Assembly: GCA_964016885.1 (NCBI GenBank)
Contig: OZ024757.1
Coordinates: 35,216,001 to 35,280,000 of the forward strand
Direction of reading: 5' to 3'
Source of the DNA: Eledone cirrhosa
Lineage: Eukaryota
Length of the DNA: 64,000 bases
This document shows, one piece after another, positions 11,529-22,800 of this stretch (position 1 is the first letter of the stretch; each line of letters starts with the position of its first letter). Below the pieces are notes generated by a model, which saw only the letters and a program-made list of their open reading frames with translations, searched no databases and was not told the DNA's origin. A program made the translations under genes and the position numbers.

Positions 11529-12662
11529 CTTACATCTCACGCTCTCTCTCTCTCGTTTCATCTCACGCTCTCTCTCTTCCTCTCTCTCGTTTCATCTCGC
11601 TCTCTCTCTCTCTCTTGTTTCATCTCGCGCTCTCTCTCTTCTTCTCTCTCGTTTCATCTCGCTCTCTCTCTCTCTCGTTTCAACTTTGTCTTCCTCTCTC
11701 TCGTTCCATCTCTCTCTTCCTCTCTCTCTCGTTCCATCTCTCTCTCGTTTCATCTAGCTCTCACTCTCACGTTTCATCTCGCTCTCTCTGTCTCGTTCCA
11801 TCTCGCTCTCTCTCTCTCGTTTCATCTCTATCTCCCTCGTTTCATCTGTCTCTCTCTCTGTCATTTCATCTCCCTCTATCTCTCTCTCGCTCTCCCGTTT
11901 CATCTCTACCTCCCTCTCGTTTCATCTCGCTCTCTCACTCCTGTTTCATCTCGCTCTCTCTCTCCTGTTTAATCTCGCTCTCTACTCTCGTTCCATCTCT
12001 CTCTCGTTTCATCTAGCTCTCACTCTCTCGTTTCATCTCGCTCTCTCTGTCTCTCATTTCATCTCGATCTCTCTGTCTCGTTTCATCCCGCTCTCTCTCT
12101 CTCGTTTCATCTCACTCTCACTCTCTCATTTCATCTCGCTCTCTCTCTCTCGTTTCATCTCGCGCTCTCTCTCTTCCTCTCTCTCGTTTCATCTCGCTCT
12201 CTCTCTCTCTCTCGTTTCATCACGCGTTCTCTCTCTTCCTCTCTCTCGTTTCATCTCTCTCTCTCGTTTCATCTCTATCTCCCTCGTTTCATCTGTCTCT
12301 CTCTCTGTCGTTTCATCTCCCTCTATCTCTCTCTCGCTCTCTCGTTTCATCTCTCTCTCCCTCTCGTTTCAACTCGCTCTCTCTCTCCTGTTTCATCTCG
12401 CTCTCTCTCTCTCCTGTTTCATCTCGCTCTCTACTCTCGTTTCCTCTCTCTCGTTTCCTCTCTCTCGTTTCCTCTCTCTCTCGTTTCCTCTCTCTCTCGT
12501 TTCATTTAGCTCTCACTCTCTCGTTTCATCTCGCTCTCTCTCTCTCATTTCATCTCGCTCTCTCTCTCTCGTTTCCATAGAAAAGGTAAAGAAAAGAAGA
12601 ATGCTCTATGTATTGTACAGAGCTATTTAATTACATAATAAACAACAGAATATAATTATTCC

Positions 12663-13430
12663 ATGCAAATAGACTTAGAATGGAAAACATTCAGACAGAG
12701 AAGAATGGATAATGAGCGTCGTAAGAGAAATTGGCCAACAATTAATATTAATGGAAATGTAGAAGAATTTCATATTAGTGATATGAATGTTTCGTGTGAT
12801 CACTGTGGAGCTTTGAAATTTAGAAATGAAAATTGTAACTGTTGTAATAAAGGAAAGGTTGTGTTGCCACCATTGCAAATATACCCTGAGAGACTGAGAA
12901 ATCTCTTTGAAAGAGGCCAGGAAGCAGTTGATTTCACAGAAACATCTGCAATTAAATCTACATTTATTTCACTTCATTTGGTGTTACCACCCGGCAGAGG
13001 CCCGTATAGCTTTCATATTCAGAGTCAAACATATCACTACACCCCCATCTCTGTAACCTGCAGAAAATACACCACAATATGGCCAGTTATATATTATTGA
13101 TGGGAACGAAGGTATGTAGCACAGATTGGAAGTACAACCAAATAATTGTTTCTGGCACAAGGCCAGCAATTACTGGTACTTTATTCTATCGACCTCATAA
13201 GGATGAAAACAAAGTCAACCTTGGAGGGATTTGAACCCAGAACGTAAATGGCCATAACCCTATGCTGTAAAGCATGGTGTCTGGCGCTCTACCGATACTG
13301 CCAATCCACTGCCCTAGTACCAACAAATAATGACTGCTCACCACAAAAAATGGCTATGATAAGAGAAGTGTTGCATGAATGTAATCCATATGTCGAAGTG
13401 TACAATACAATGCATGGCATCACAAATGAA
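12663..13430 (+). pseudogene. Decayed Helitron RepHel (Rep/helicase) N-terminal fragment, interrupted by a SINE
   Basis: Motifs occur in the order typical of Helitron N-termini: MNVSCDHCGALKF..E..NCCNKGKVVLP (CxxC..CC), FTSFG (shifted frame, 12968-12982), PPGRGPYSFHIQSQTYH, then after a frameshift PQYGQLYIID (13072-13101) and VLHECNPY. In-frame stops at 13054 and 13117. No HUH/Y2 or Pif1 helicase motifs. Recognised from memory of the family; no search was run. Confidence 0.85.
13147..13315 (-). mobile_element. tRNA-derived SINE inserted in the Helitron fragment, with a 16-bp target-site duplication
   Basis: The minus strand has an A-box-like TGGCAGTATCGG and a B box GGTTCAAATCC. Flanks AGTACAACCAAATAAT (13131-13146) and AGTACCAACAAATAAT (13316-13331) match at 14/16. 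The body TACTGGTACTT..ATCGACC...AAGGATGAAA resembles octopod SINEs as recalled. Confidence 0.85.
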
Positions 13431-13456
13431 TATATATATATATATATATATATATA
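13431..13456. repeat. (TA)13 microsatellite ending the Helitron homology
   Basis: Read directly from the sequence. Confidence 0.95.
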
Positions 13457-13947
13457 CTACTAAAGTGTATGTAAAATTTTAAAATAAATACTTAAATTCA
13501 ATTTGTATAATTACACATACAATATGTTTTGTTGTAAAACCCTAAATAATGATTTAAGAAATGATGTCAATCTCTTTGTACAGAGAAAAACAATTTATAT
13601 ATATGCATTGTGTGCGCGTGTATACTCCATTTAAGACAGTGAAAAACCTAGTACCTCCTTCAAAGAATGCCAAATAGTTTATGCCTAAGGTGTAACACTA
13701 ATTAAGTTACCGGTGTAGATATTTCAGTTGAACCCTGCTTCAAACATGCATATTATTATTATATATTTTCAAACACACTTACATACATTATATTTATACA
13801 CATAGAAATAATAAGTTAAAACTAAAGTATAATGATATAACAACAGTATATAATAGTTTTCTTCACTTTATTGAGATGCAATCGTTTTAAAGAAAAAACA
13901 TGACAGTATAAGAAATATTTAATATGAGAACATAATATTTCAGGTAG

Positions 13948-13979
13948 GATGGTGGTTTCTCTATGATGGTGGTTTCTCT
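13948..13979 (+). repeat. 15-bp direct duplication GATGGTGGTTTCTCT (also in islands 2 and 3)
   Basis: Two copies at 13948-13962 and 13965-13979. Confidence 0.9.
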
Positions 13980-13992
13980 TTGAACTAATAAT

Positions 13993-14160
13993 TGTTTCTA
14001 TTTTAGGCACAAGGTCAGTAATTAACCAGTACATTACTGGTACTTTATTTTATCGACCCCGTAAGGATGAAAGGCAAAGTTGACCTCGGATCGTAAAGGG
14101 ACGTAACTATGCTGGAAAGCATGGCGTCAGACCCTCTACCGATACTGCCAATTCACCATA
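13993..14160 (-). mobile_element. Second SINE of the same family, B box deleted
   Basis: Aligns to 13147-13315 (GGCACAAGG, TTACTGGTACTTTATT, ATCGACC, TAAGGATGAAA, CTCTACCGATACTGCCAAT) but lacks the GGATTTGAACC segment. Confidence 0.8.
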
Positions 14161-14164
14161 CAGT

Positions 14165-14347
14165 ATAATTATACAAATATGCATATAGATAGCAATATAT
14201 ATACACTAATATGTATGTACATATTTACACATATGTACATATATATAGGGAGAGAGAGACACACATGTATGTATATATATATATACACATGCGTGTATGC
14301 ATGTGTGTTTATGTACATTCTTCGGTATATATATCGGTATACACATT
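14165..14347. repeat. Degenerate TA/CA/TG microsatellite-rich region
   Basis: Alternating purine-pyrimidine low complexity. Repeated at about 36758-36938. Confidence 0.85.
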
Positions 14348-14585
14348 GGAGACACAGAGAGAGAGAGTTGAAACGAGAGGTGAGAGAGAGAGTTGAAACG
14401 AGGAGAGAGTTGAAACGAGGAGAGAGTTTAAACAAGAGGGTGAGGGGAGAGAGGAAGAGAGAGAGAGGGGATGAGAGAGAGGAAGAGAGAGAGAGAGGGG
14501 AAGAGAGAGAGAGGGAGAGAAGGGGATGAAACAAGAGGGTGAGGGATGAAACAACAGAGAGAGGGGAGAGAAAGAGAGAGGGGAT

Positions 14586-14622
<37 letters not shown>

Positions 14623-14631
14623 ATTGAAACA
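14348..14631 (+). repeat. Degenerate GA-rich transition zone between island and satellite arm
   Basis: GAGAGTTGAAACGAG x3, GGGATGAAACAA x2 and pure (GA)n. Repeated at about 36939-37238. Confidence 0.85.
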
Positions 14632-15301
14632 AGAGAGAGATGAAACAAGTGAGGGATTAGAGAGAGATGAAACAAGTGAGGGATTAGAGTGTTGAAACAA
14701 GAGAGAGAGAGCGAGATGAAATAAGAGAAAGAGAGTGAGATGAAATGAGAGAGTGAGAGCGAGATGAAACGAGACAGGGAGAGCGAGATGAAATGAGAGA
14801 GTGAGAGCGAGATGAAACGAGAGAGAGAGAGAGCGAGATGACACGAGACAGCGAGAGCGAGATGAAATGAGAGAGAGAGAGAACGAGATGAAATGAGAGA
14901 GAGAGAGAGCGAGATGAAATGAGACATAGAGAGATGAAACGAGAGAGAGAGATGAAACGAGAAAGAGAGGAAACGAGAGAGTGGAAACAAGAGTAGAGAG
15001 CGAGATGAAACAGGAGTGAGAGAGCGAGATGAAACAGGAGAGAGAGAGCGAGATGAAACGAGAGGGAGAGAGAGATGAAACGAGAGAGCGAGAGAGAGAT
15101 AGAGGGAAATGAAACGACAGAGAGAGAGACAGATGAAACGAGGGATATAGAGATGAAACGAGAGAGAGAGATGAAACGAGAGAGAGGAAGAGAGAGATAG
15201 AACGAGAGAGAGGAAGAGAGAGATGAAACGAGAGAGAGGAAGACAGAGGTGAAACGAGAGAGAGAGAGAGCGAGATGAAACGAGAGAGAGGAAGAGAGAG
15301 A

Positions 15302-15678
15302 GCTAATAATTGTCATGTAATGTTATGGACATCTCTGCCCCTGTGGCTAATAATTCTGTCATGTAATGTTATGGACAACTCTGCCCCTGTGGCTGATAAT
15401 TCTGTCATGTAATGTTATGGACATCTCTGCCCCTGTGGCTAATAATTCTGACATGTAATGTTATGGAATCTCTGCCCCTGTGGCTAATAAATCTGTCATG
15501 TAATGTTACGGACATCTCTGCCCCTGTGGCTAATAAATCTGTCATGTAATGTTATGGACATCTCTGCCCCTGTGGCTAATAATTCTGACATGTAATGTTA
15601 TGGACATCTCTGCCCCTGTGGCTAATAATTCTGACATGTAATGTTATGGACATCTCTGCCCCTGTGGCTAATAATTCT
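15302..15678 (+). repeat. 46-bp minisatellite array (about 8 units, left junction deleted)
   Basis: Tandem units starting mid-unit. Confidence 0.95.
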
Positions 15679-16671
15679 GAGAGAGATGAAACAAGTGAGG
15701 GATTAGAGAGAGATGAAACAAGTGAGGGATTAGAGTGTTGAAACAAGAGAGAGAGAGGAAGAGAGAGTGAGAGCGAAATCAAACGAGAGAGAGCGAGATG
15801 AAATGAGAGAGTGAGAGCGAGATGAAACGAGAGAGAGAGAGAGAGCGAGATGAAATGAGAGAGAGAGAGCGAGATGAAATGAGAGAGAGAGAGCGAGATG
15901 AAACGAGACAGAGAGAGCGGGATGAAACGAGACAGAGAGAGCGAGAGCGAGATGAAACGAGACAGAGAGAGTGAGATGAAACGAGAGAGAGAGATCGAGA
16001 TGAAATGAGAGAGAGAGAGCGAGATGAAATGAGAGAGAGAGAGCGAGATGAAACGAGAGAGTGAGAGCGAGATGGAACGAGACAGGGGGAGCGAGATGAA
16101 ATGAGAGAGTGAGAGCGAGATGAAACGAGGGAGTGAGAGCGAGATGAAACGAGAGAGAGAGAGAGCGAGATGACACGAGACAGCGAGAGCGAGATGAAAT
16201 GAGAGAGAGAGAGAACGAGATGAAATGTGAGAGAGAGAGAGCGAGATGAAATGAGACATAGAGAGATGAAACGAGAGAGAGATGAAACGAGAAAGAGAGG
16301 AAACGAGAGAGTGGAAACAAGAGTAGAGAGCGAGATGAAACAGGAGTGAGAGAGCGAGATGAAACAGGAGAGAGAGAGCGAGATGAAACGAGAGGGAGAG
16401 AGAGATGAAACGAGAGAGCGAGAGAGAGATAGAGGGAAATGAAACGACAGAGAGAGAGACAGATGAAACGAGGGATATAAAGATGAAACGAGAGAGAGGA
16501 AGAGAGAGATAGAACGAGAGAGAGGAAGAGAGAGATGAAACGAGAGAGAGGAAGACAGAGGTGAAACGAGAGAGAGAGAGAGCGAGATGAAACGAGAGAG
16601 AGAGCGAGATGAAACGAGAGAGAGTGCGAGATGAAACGAGAGAGAGGAAGAGAGAGAGGGCGAGATGAAAC

Positions 16672-16937
16672 TCTGTCATGGACATATCTGCCCCTGGGGC
16701 TAATAATTGTCATGTAATGTTATGGACATCTCTGCCCCTGTGGCTAATAATTCTGTCATGTAATGTTATGGACAACTCTGCCCCTGTGGCTGATAATTCT
16801 GTCATGTAATGTTATGGACATCTCTGCCCCTGTGGCTAATAATTCTGACATGTAATGTTATGGAATCTCTGCCCCTGTGGCTAATAAATCTGTCATGTAA
16901 TGTTACGCACATCTCTGCCCCTGTGGCTAATAATTCT
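16672..16937 (+). repeat. 46-bp minisatellite array (about 6 units)
   Basis: Tandem units. Confidence 0.95.
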
Positions 16938-18637
16938 GAGAGAGATGAAACAAGTGAGGGATTAGAGAGAGATGAAACAAGTGAGGGATTAGAGTGTTGA
17001 AACAAGAGAGAGAGAGGAAGAGAGAGTGAGAGCGAAATCAAACGAGAGAGAGCGAGATGAAATGAGAGAGTGAGAGCGAGATGAAACGAGAGAGAGAGAG
17101 AGAGCGAGATGAAATGAGAGAGAGAGAGCGAGATGAAATGAGAGAGAGAGAGCGAGATGAAACGAGACAGAGAGAGCGGGATGAAACGAGACAGAGAGAG
17201 CGAGAGCGAGATGAAACGAGACAGAGAGAGTGAGATGAAACGAGAGAGAGAGAGTGAGATGAAATGAGAGAGAGAGAGCGAGATGAAATGAGAGAGAGAG
17301 AGCGAGATGAAACGAGAGAGTGAGAGCGAGATGGAACGAGACAGAGAGAGCGAGATGAAACGACAGTGGGAGAGCTAGATGAAACGAGAGAGAGAGGAAA
17401 CGAGAGAGAGAGAGAGGAAACGAGAGAGACGAAACGAGAGAGAGGAAACGAGAGTAGAGAGCGAGATGAAACAGGAGAGAGAGACCGAGATGAAACAGGA
17501 GAGAGAGAGCGAGATGAAACGAGAGGGAGAGAGAGATGAAACAAGAGAGCGAGAGAGAGATCGAGGGAGATGAAACGACAGAGAGAGAGACAGATGAAAC
17601 GAGGGAGATAGAGATGAAACGAGAGAGAGAGATGAAACGAGAGAGAGGAAGAGAGAGATGGAACGAGAGAGAGGAAGTCAGAGATGAAACGAGAGAGAGA
17701 GAGAGCAAGATGAAACGAGAGAGAGAGATGAAACGAGAGAGAGGAAGAGAGAGATGGAACGAGAGAGAGGAAGAGAGAGATGGAACGAGAGAGAGGAAGC
17801 CAGAGATGAAACGAGAGAGAGAGAGAGAGAGATGAAACGAGAGAGAGGAAGAGAGAGAGAGCGCAAGATGAAACGAGAGAGAGAGAGCGAGATGAAACGA
17901 GAGAGAGGAAGAGACAGAGCGCGAGATGAAACGAGAGAGAGGAAGAGAGAGAGCGCGAGATGAAACGAGAGAGAGAGAGCGAGATGAAATGAGAGAGTGA
18001 GAGTGAGATGAAACGAGAGAGAGAGAGAGAGCGAGATGAAATGAGAGAGAGAGAGCGAGATGAAATGAGAGAGAGAGAGCGAGATGAAACGAGACAGAGA
18101 GAGCGGGATGAAACGAGACAGAGAGATCGAGATGAAATGAGAGAGAGAGAGCAAGATGAAATGAGAGAGAGAGAGCGAGATGAAACGAGAGAGTGAGATC
18201 GAGATGGAACGAGTCAGAGAGAGCGAGATGAAACGAGAGAGTGAGAGCTAGATGAAACGAGAGAGAGGAAACGAGAGAGAGAGGAAACGAGAGAGAGGAA
18301 ACGAGAGAGAGGAAACGAGAGTAGAGAGCAAGATGAAACAGGAGAGAGAGAGAGCGAGATGAAACCGGAGAGAGAGAGCGGGATGAAACGAGAGGGAGGG
18401 AGATATGAAACGAGAGAGCGAGAGAGAGATAGAGGGAGATGAAACGAGAGAGTGACAGCTAGATGAAACGAGAGAGAGAGGAATAGAGAGATGGAACGAG
18501 AGAGAGGAAGACAGATATGAAACGAGAGAGAGAGAGCGAGATGAAACGAGAGAGAGGGAGAGAGCGCGAGATGAAATGAGAGAGAGAGAGAGCGAGATGA
18601 AACGAGAGAGAGGAAGAGAGAGAGCGCGAGATGAAAG

Positions 18638-19050
18638 TCTGTCATGTAATGTTATGGACATATCTGCCCTTGGCGCTAATAATTGTCATTTAATGTTATG
18701 GACATATCTGCCCTTGGGGCTAATAATTGTCATGTAATGTTATGGATATCTCTGCCCCTGTGGCTAATAATTCTGTCATGTAATGTTATGGACATCTCTG
18801 CCCCTGTGGCTAATAATTCTGTCATGTAATGTTATGGACATCTCTGCCCCTGTGGCTAATAATTCTGTCATGTAATGTTATGGACATCTCTGCCCATGTG
18901 GCTAATAAATCTGACATGTAATGTTATGGACATCTGTGCCCCTGTGGCTAATAAATCTGTCATGTAATGATATGGACATCTCTGCCCCTGTGGCTAATAA
19001 TTCTGACATGTAATGTTATGGACATCTCTGCCCCTGTGGCTAATAATTCT
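18638..19050 (+). repeat. 46-bp minisatellite array (about 9 units)
   Basis: Tandem units. The first two are 44-bp variants. Confidence 0.95.
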
Positions 19051-20459
19051 GAGAGAGATGAAACAAGTGAGGGATTAGAGAGAGATGAAACAAGTGAGGG
19101 ATTAGAGTGTTGAAACAAGAGAGAGGAAGAGAGAGTGAGAGCGAGATCAAACGAGAGAGAGAGAGCGAGATGAAATGAGAGAGAGAGAGCGAGATGAAAC
19201 AAGACAGAGAGAACGGGATGAAACGAGACAGAGAGAGCGAGAGCGAGATGAAACGAGACAGAGAGAGCGAGATGAAACGAGAGAGAGAGAGCGAGATGAA
19301 ATGAGAGAGAGAGAGCGAGAAGAAATGAGAGAGAGAGAGCGAGATGAAACGAGAGAGTGAGAGCGAGATGGAACGAGAGAGAGAGAGAGAGCGAGATGAA
19401 ATGAGAGAGAGAGAGCGAGATGAAATGAGAGAGAGAGAGCGAGATGAAACGAGACAGAGAGAGCGGGATGAAACGAGACAGAGAGAGCGAGAGCGAGATG
19501 AAACGAGACAGAGAGAGCGAGATGAAACGAGAGAGAGAGAGCGGGATGAAATGAGAGAGAGAGAGCGAGATGAAATGAGAGAGAGAGAGCGAGATGAAAC
19601 GAGAGAGTGACAGCGAGATGGAACGAGACAGAGAGAGCGAGATGAAACGAGAGTGGGAGAGCTAGATGAAACGAGAGAGAGAGGAAACGAGAGAGAGAGG
19701 AAACGAGAGAGACGAAACGAGAGAGAGGAAACGAGAGTAGAGAGCGAGATGAAACAGGAGAGAGAGAGCGAGATGAAACAGGAGAGAGATAGCGAGATGA
19801 AACGAGAGGGAGAGAGAGATGAAACGAGAGAGCGAGAGAGAGATAGAGGGAGATGAAACGACAGAGAGAGAGACAGATGAAACGAGGGAGATAGAGATGA
19901 AACGAGAGAGAGGAAGAGAGAGATGGAACGAGAGAGAGGAAGAGAGAGATGGAACGAGAGAGAGGAAGACAGAGATGAAACGAGAGAGAGAGAGCAAGAT
20001 GAAACGAGAGAGAGAGATTAAACGAGAGAGATGGAACGAGAGAGAGGAAGAGAGAGATGGAACGAGAGAGAGGAAGACAGAGAGCGCAAGATGAAGCGAG
20101 AGAGAGAGAGAGCGAGATGAAATGAGAGAGAGGAAGAGAGAGAGCGCGAGATGAAACGAGAGAGAGGAAGTGAGAGAGCGCGAGATGAAACGAGAGAGAG
20201 AGAGCGAGATGAAATGAGAGAGTGAGAGTGAGATGAAACGAGAGAGAGAGAGAGAGAGCGTGATGAAATGAGAGAGAGAGAGCGAGATGAAATGAGAGAA
20301 AGAGAGTGAGATGAAATGAGAGAGTGAGAGCGAGATGAAACGAGACAGGGAGAGCGAGATGAAATGAGAGAGTGAGAGCGAGATGAAACGAGAGAGTGAG
20401 AGCGAGATGAAACGAGAGAGAGAGAGAGCGAGATGACACGAGACAGAGAGAGCGAGATG

Positions 20460-20507
<48 letters not shown>

Positions 20508-21074
20508 TGAAACGAGAGAGAGAGTGCGAAATGAAACGAGAGTGAGAGAGCGAGATGAAACGAGAGAGTGAGAGCGAGATGAAATGAGAGAGAGAGAGAA
20601 CGAGATGAAATGAGAGAGAGAGAGAGCGAGATGAAATGAGACATAGAGAGATGAAATGAGAGAGAGATGAAACGAGAAAGAGAGGAAACGAGAGAGTGGA
20701 AACAAGAGTAGAGAGCGAAATGAAACAGGAGTGAGAGAGCGAGATGAAACAGGAGAGAGAGAGCGAGATGAAACGAGAGGGAGCGAGAGATGAAACGAGA
20801 GAGCGAGAGAGAGATAGAGGGAAATGAAACGACAGAGAGAGAGACAGATGAAACGAGGGATATAGAGATGAAACGAGAGAGAGATATGAAACGAGAGAGA
20901 GGAAGAGAGAGATAGAACGAGAGAGAGGAAGAGAGAGATGAAACGAGAGAGAGGAAGACAGAGGTGAAATGAGAGAGAGAGAGAGCGAGATGAAACGAGA
21001 GAGAGAGCGAGATGAAACGAGAGAGAGAGCGAGACGAAACGAGAGAGAGGAAGAGAGAGAGCGCGAGATGAAAC

Positions 21075-21480
21075 TCTGTCATGGACATCTCTGCCCATGT
21101 GGCTAATAATTCTGTCATGTAATGTTATGGACAACTCTGCCCCTGTGGCTAATAATTCTGTCATGTAATGTTATGGACATCTCTGCCCCTGTGGCTAATA
21201 ATTCTGACATGTAATGTTATGGAATCTCTGCCCCTGTGGCTAATAAATCTGTCATGTAATGTTACGGACATCTCTGCCCCTGTGGCTAATAAATCTGTCA
21301 TGTAATGTTATGGACATCTCTGCCCCTGTGGCTAATAATTCTGACATGTAATGTTATGGACATCTCTGTCCCTGTGGCTAATAATTCTGACATGTAATGT
21401 TATGGACATCTCTGCCCCTGTGGCTAATAATTCTGACATGTAATGTTATTGACATCTGTGCCCCTGTGGCTAATAATTCT
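21075..21480 (+). repeat. 46-bp minisatellite array (about 9 units)
   Basis: Tandem units. Confidence 0.95.
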
Positions 21481-22800
21481 GAGAGAGATGAAACAAGTGA
21501 GGGATTAGAGAGAGATGAAACAAGTGAGGGATTAGAGTGTTGAAACAAGAGAGAGGAAGAGAGAGTGAGAGCGAGATCAAACGAGAGAGAGAGAGCGAGA
21601 TGAAATGAGAGAGAGAGAGCGAGATGAAACAAGACAGAGAGAGCGGGATGAAACGAGACAGAGAGAGCGAGAGCGAGATGAAACGAGACAGAGAGAGCGA
21701 GATAAACGAGAGAGAGAGAGCGAGATGAAATGAGAGAGAGAGAGCGAGATGAAATGAGAGAGAGAGAGAGCGAGATGAAACGAGAGAGTGAGAGCGAGAT
21801 GGAACGAGAGAGAGCGAGAGAGAGCGAGATGAAATGAGAGAGAGAGAGCGAGATGAAACAGGAGAGAGATAGCGAGATGAAACGAGAGGGAGAGAGAGAT
21901 GAAACGAGAGAGCGAGAGAGAGATAGAGGGAGATGAAACGACAGAGAGAGAGAGACAGATGAAACGAGGGAGATAGAGATGAAACGAGAGAGAGGAAGAG
22001 AGAGATGGAACGAGAGAGAGGAAGAGAGAGATGGAACGAGAGAGAGGAAGACAGAGATGAAACGAGAGAGAGACAGAGCAAGATGAAACGAGAGAGAGAG
22101 ATTAAACGAGAGAGAGGAAGAGAGAGATGGAACGAGAGAGAGGAAGAGAGAGATGGAACGAGAGAGAGGAAGACAGAGATGAAACGAGAGAGAGAGAGAT
22201 CGAGATGAAACGAGAGAGAGGAAGAGAGAGAGCGCAAGATGAAACGAGAGAGAGAGAGAGAGAGCGAGATGAAACGAGAGAGAGTAAGAGAGAGAGCGCA
22301 AGATGAAACGAGAGAGTGAGAGCGAGATGAAATGAGAGAGAGAGAGAACCAGATGAAATGAGAGAGAGAGAGAGCGAGATGAAATGAGACATAGAGAGAT
22401 GAAACGAGAGAGAGATGAAACGAGAAAGAGAGGAAACGAGAGAGTGGAAACAAGAGTAGAGAGCGAGATGAAACAGGAGTGAGAGAGCGAGATGAAACAG
22501 GAGAGAGAGAGCGAGATGAAACGAGAGGGAGCGAGAGATGAAACGAGAGAGCGAGAGAGACATAGAGGGAAATGAAACGACAGAGAGAGAGACAGATGAA
22601 ACGAGGGATATAGAGATGAAACGAGAGAGAGATATGAAACGAGAGAGAGGAAGAGAGAGATAGAACGAGAGAGAGGAAGAGAGAGATGAAACGAGAGAGA
22701 GGAAGACAGAGGTGAAACGAGAGAGAGAGAGAGCGAGATGAAACGAGAGAGAGAGCGAGATGAAACGAGAGACAGGAAGAGAGAGAGCGCGAGATGAAAC

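Larger units (their letters stand above)
6112..12575 (-). repeat. Composite satellite arm, inverted (CT on top strand), copy 1
   Basis: Reverse-complement words GTTTCATC and reverse-complement 46-bp arrays. Ends abruptly at the island. Confidence 0.95.

Noticed and set aside
12663-13100. 145-aa ORF as an intact zinc-finger gene
   Set aside because: Helitron homology moves between frames, contains stops and is interrupted by a SINE. Identity among copies reflects recent duplication, not selection.
13220-13315. tRNA gene on the minus strand
   Set aside because: A and B boxes are present, but the sequence continues into a SINE body with a target-site duplication and I see no intact cloverleaf.
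13248-13463. 71-74 aa ORF and other small island ORFs (12675, 12984, 13822, 14179)
   Set aside because: They are chimeras of antisense SINE, Helitron and microsatellite, or short antisense/AT-rich ORFs with no recognisable features.
13600-13652. CTAG-T as a Helitron 3' terminus
   Set aside because: There is no GC-rich hairpin just upstream, and CTAG alone is uninformative.
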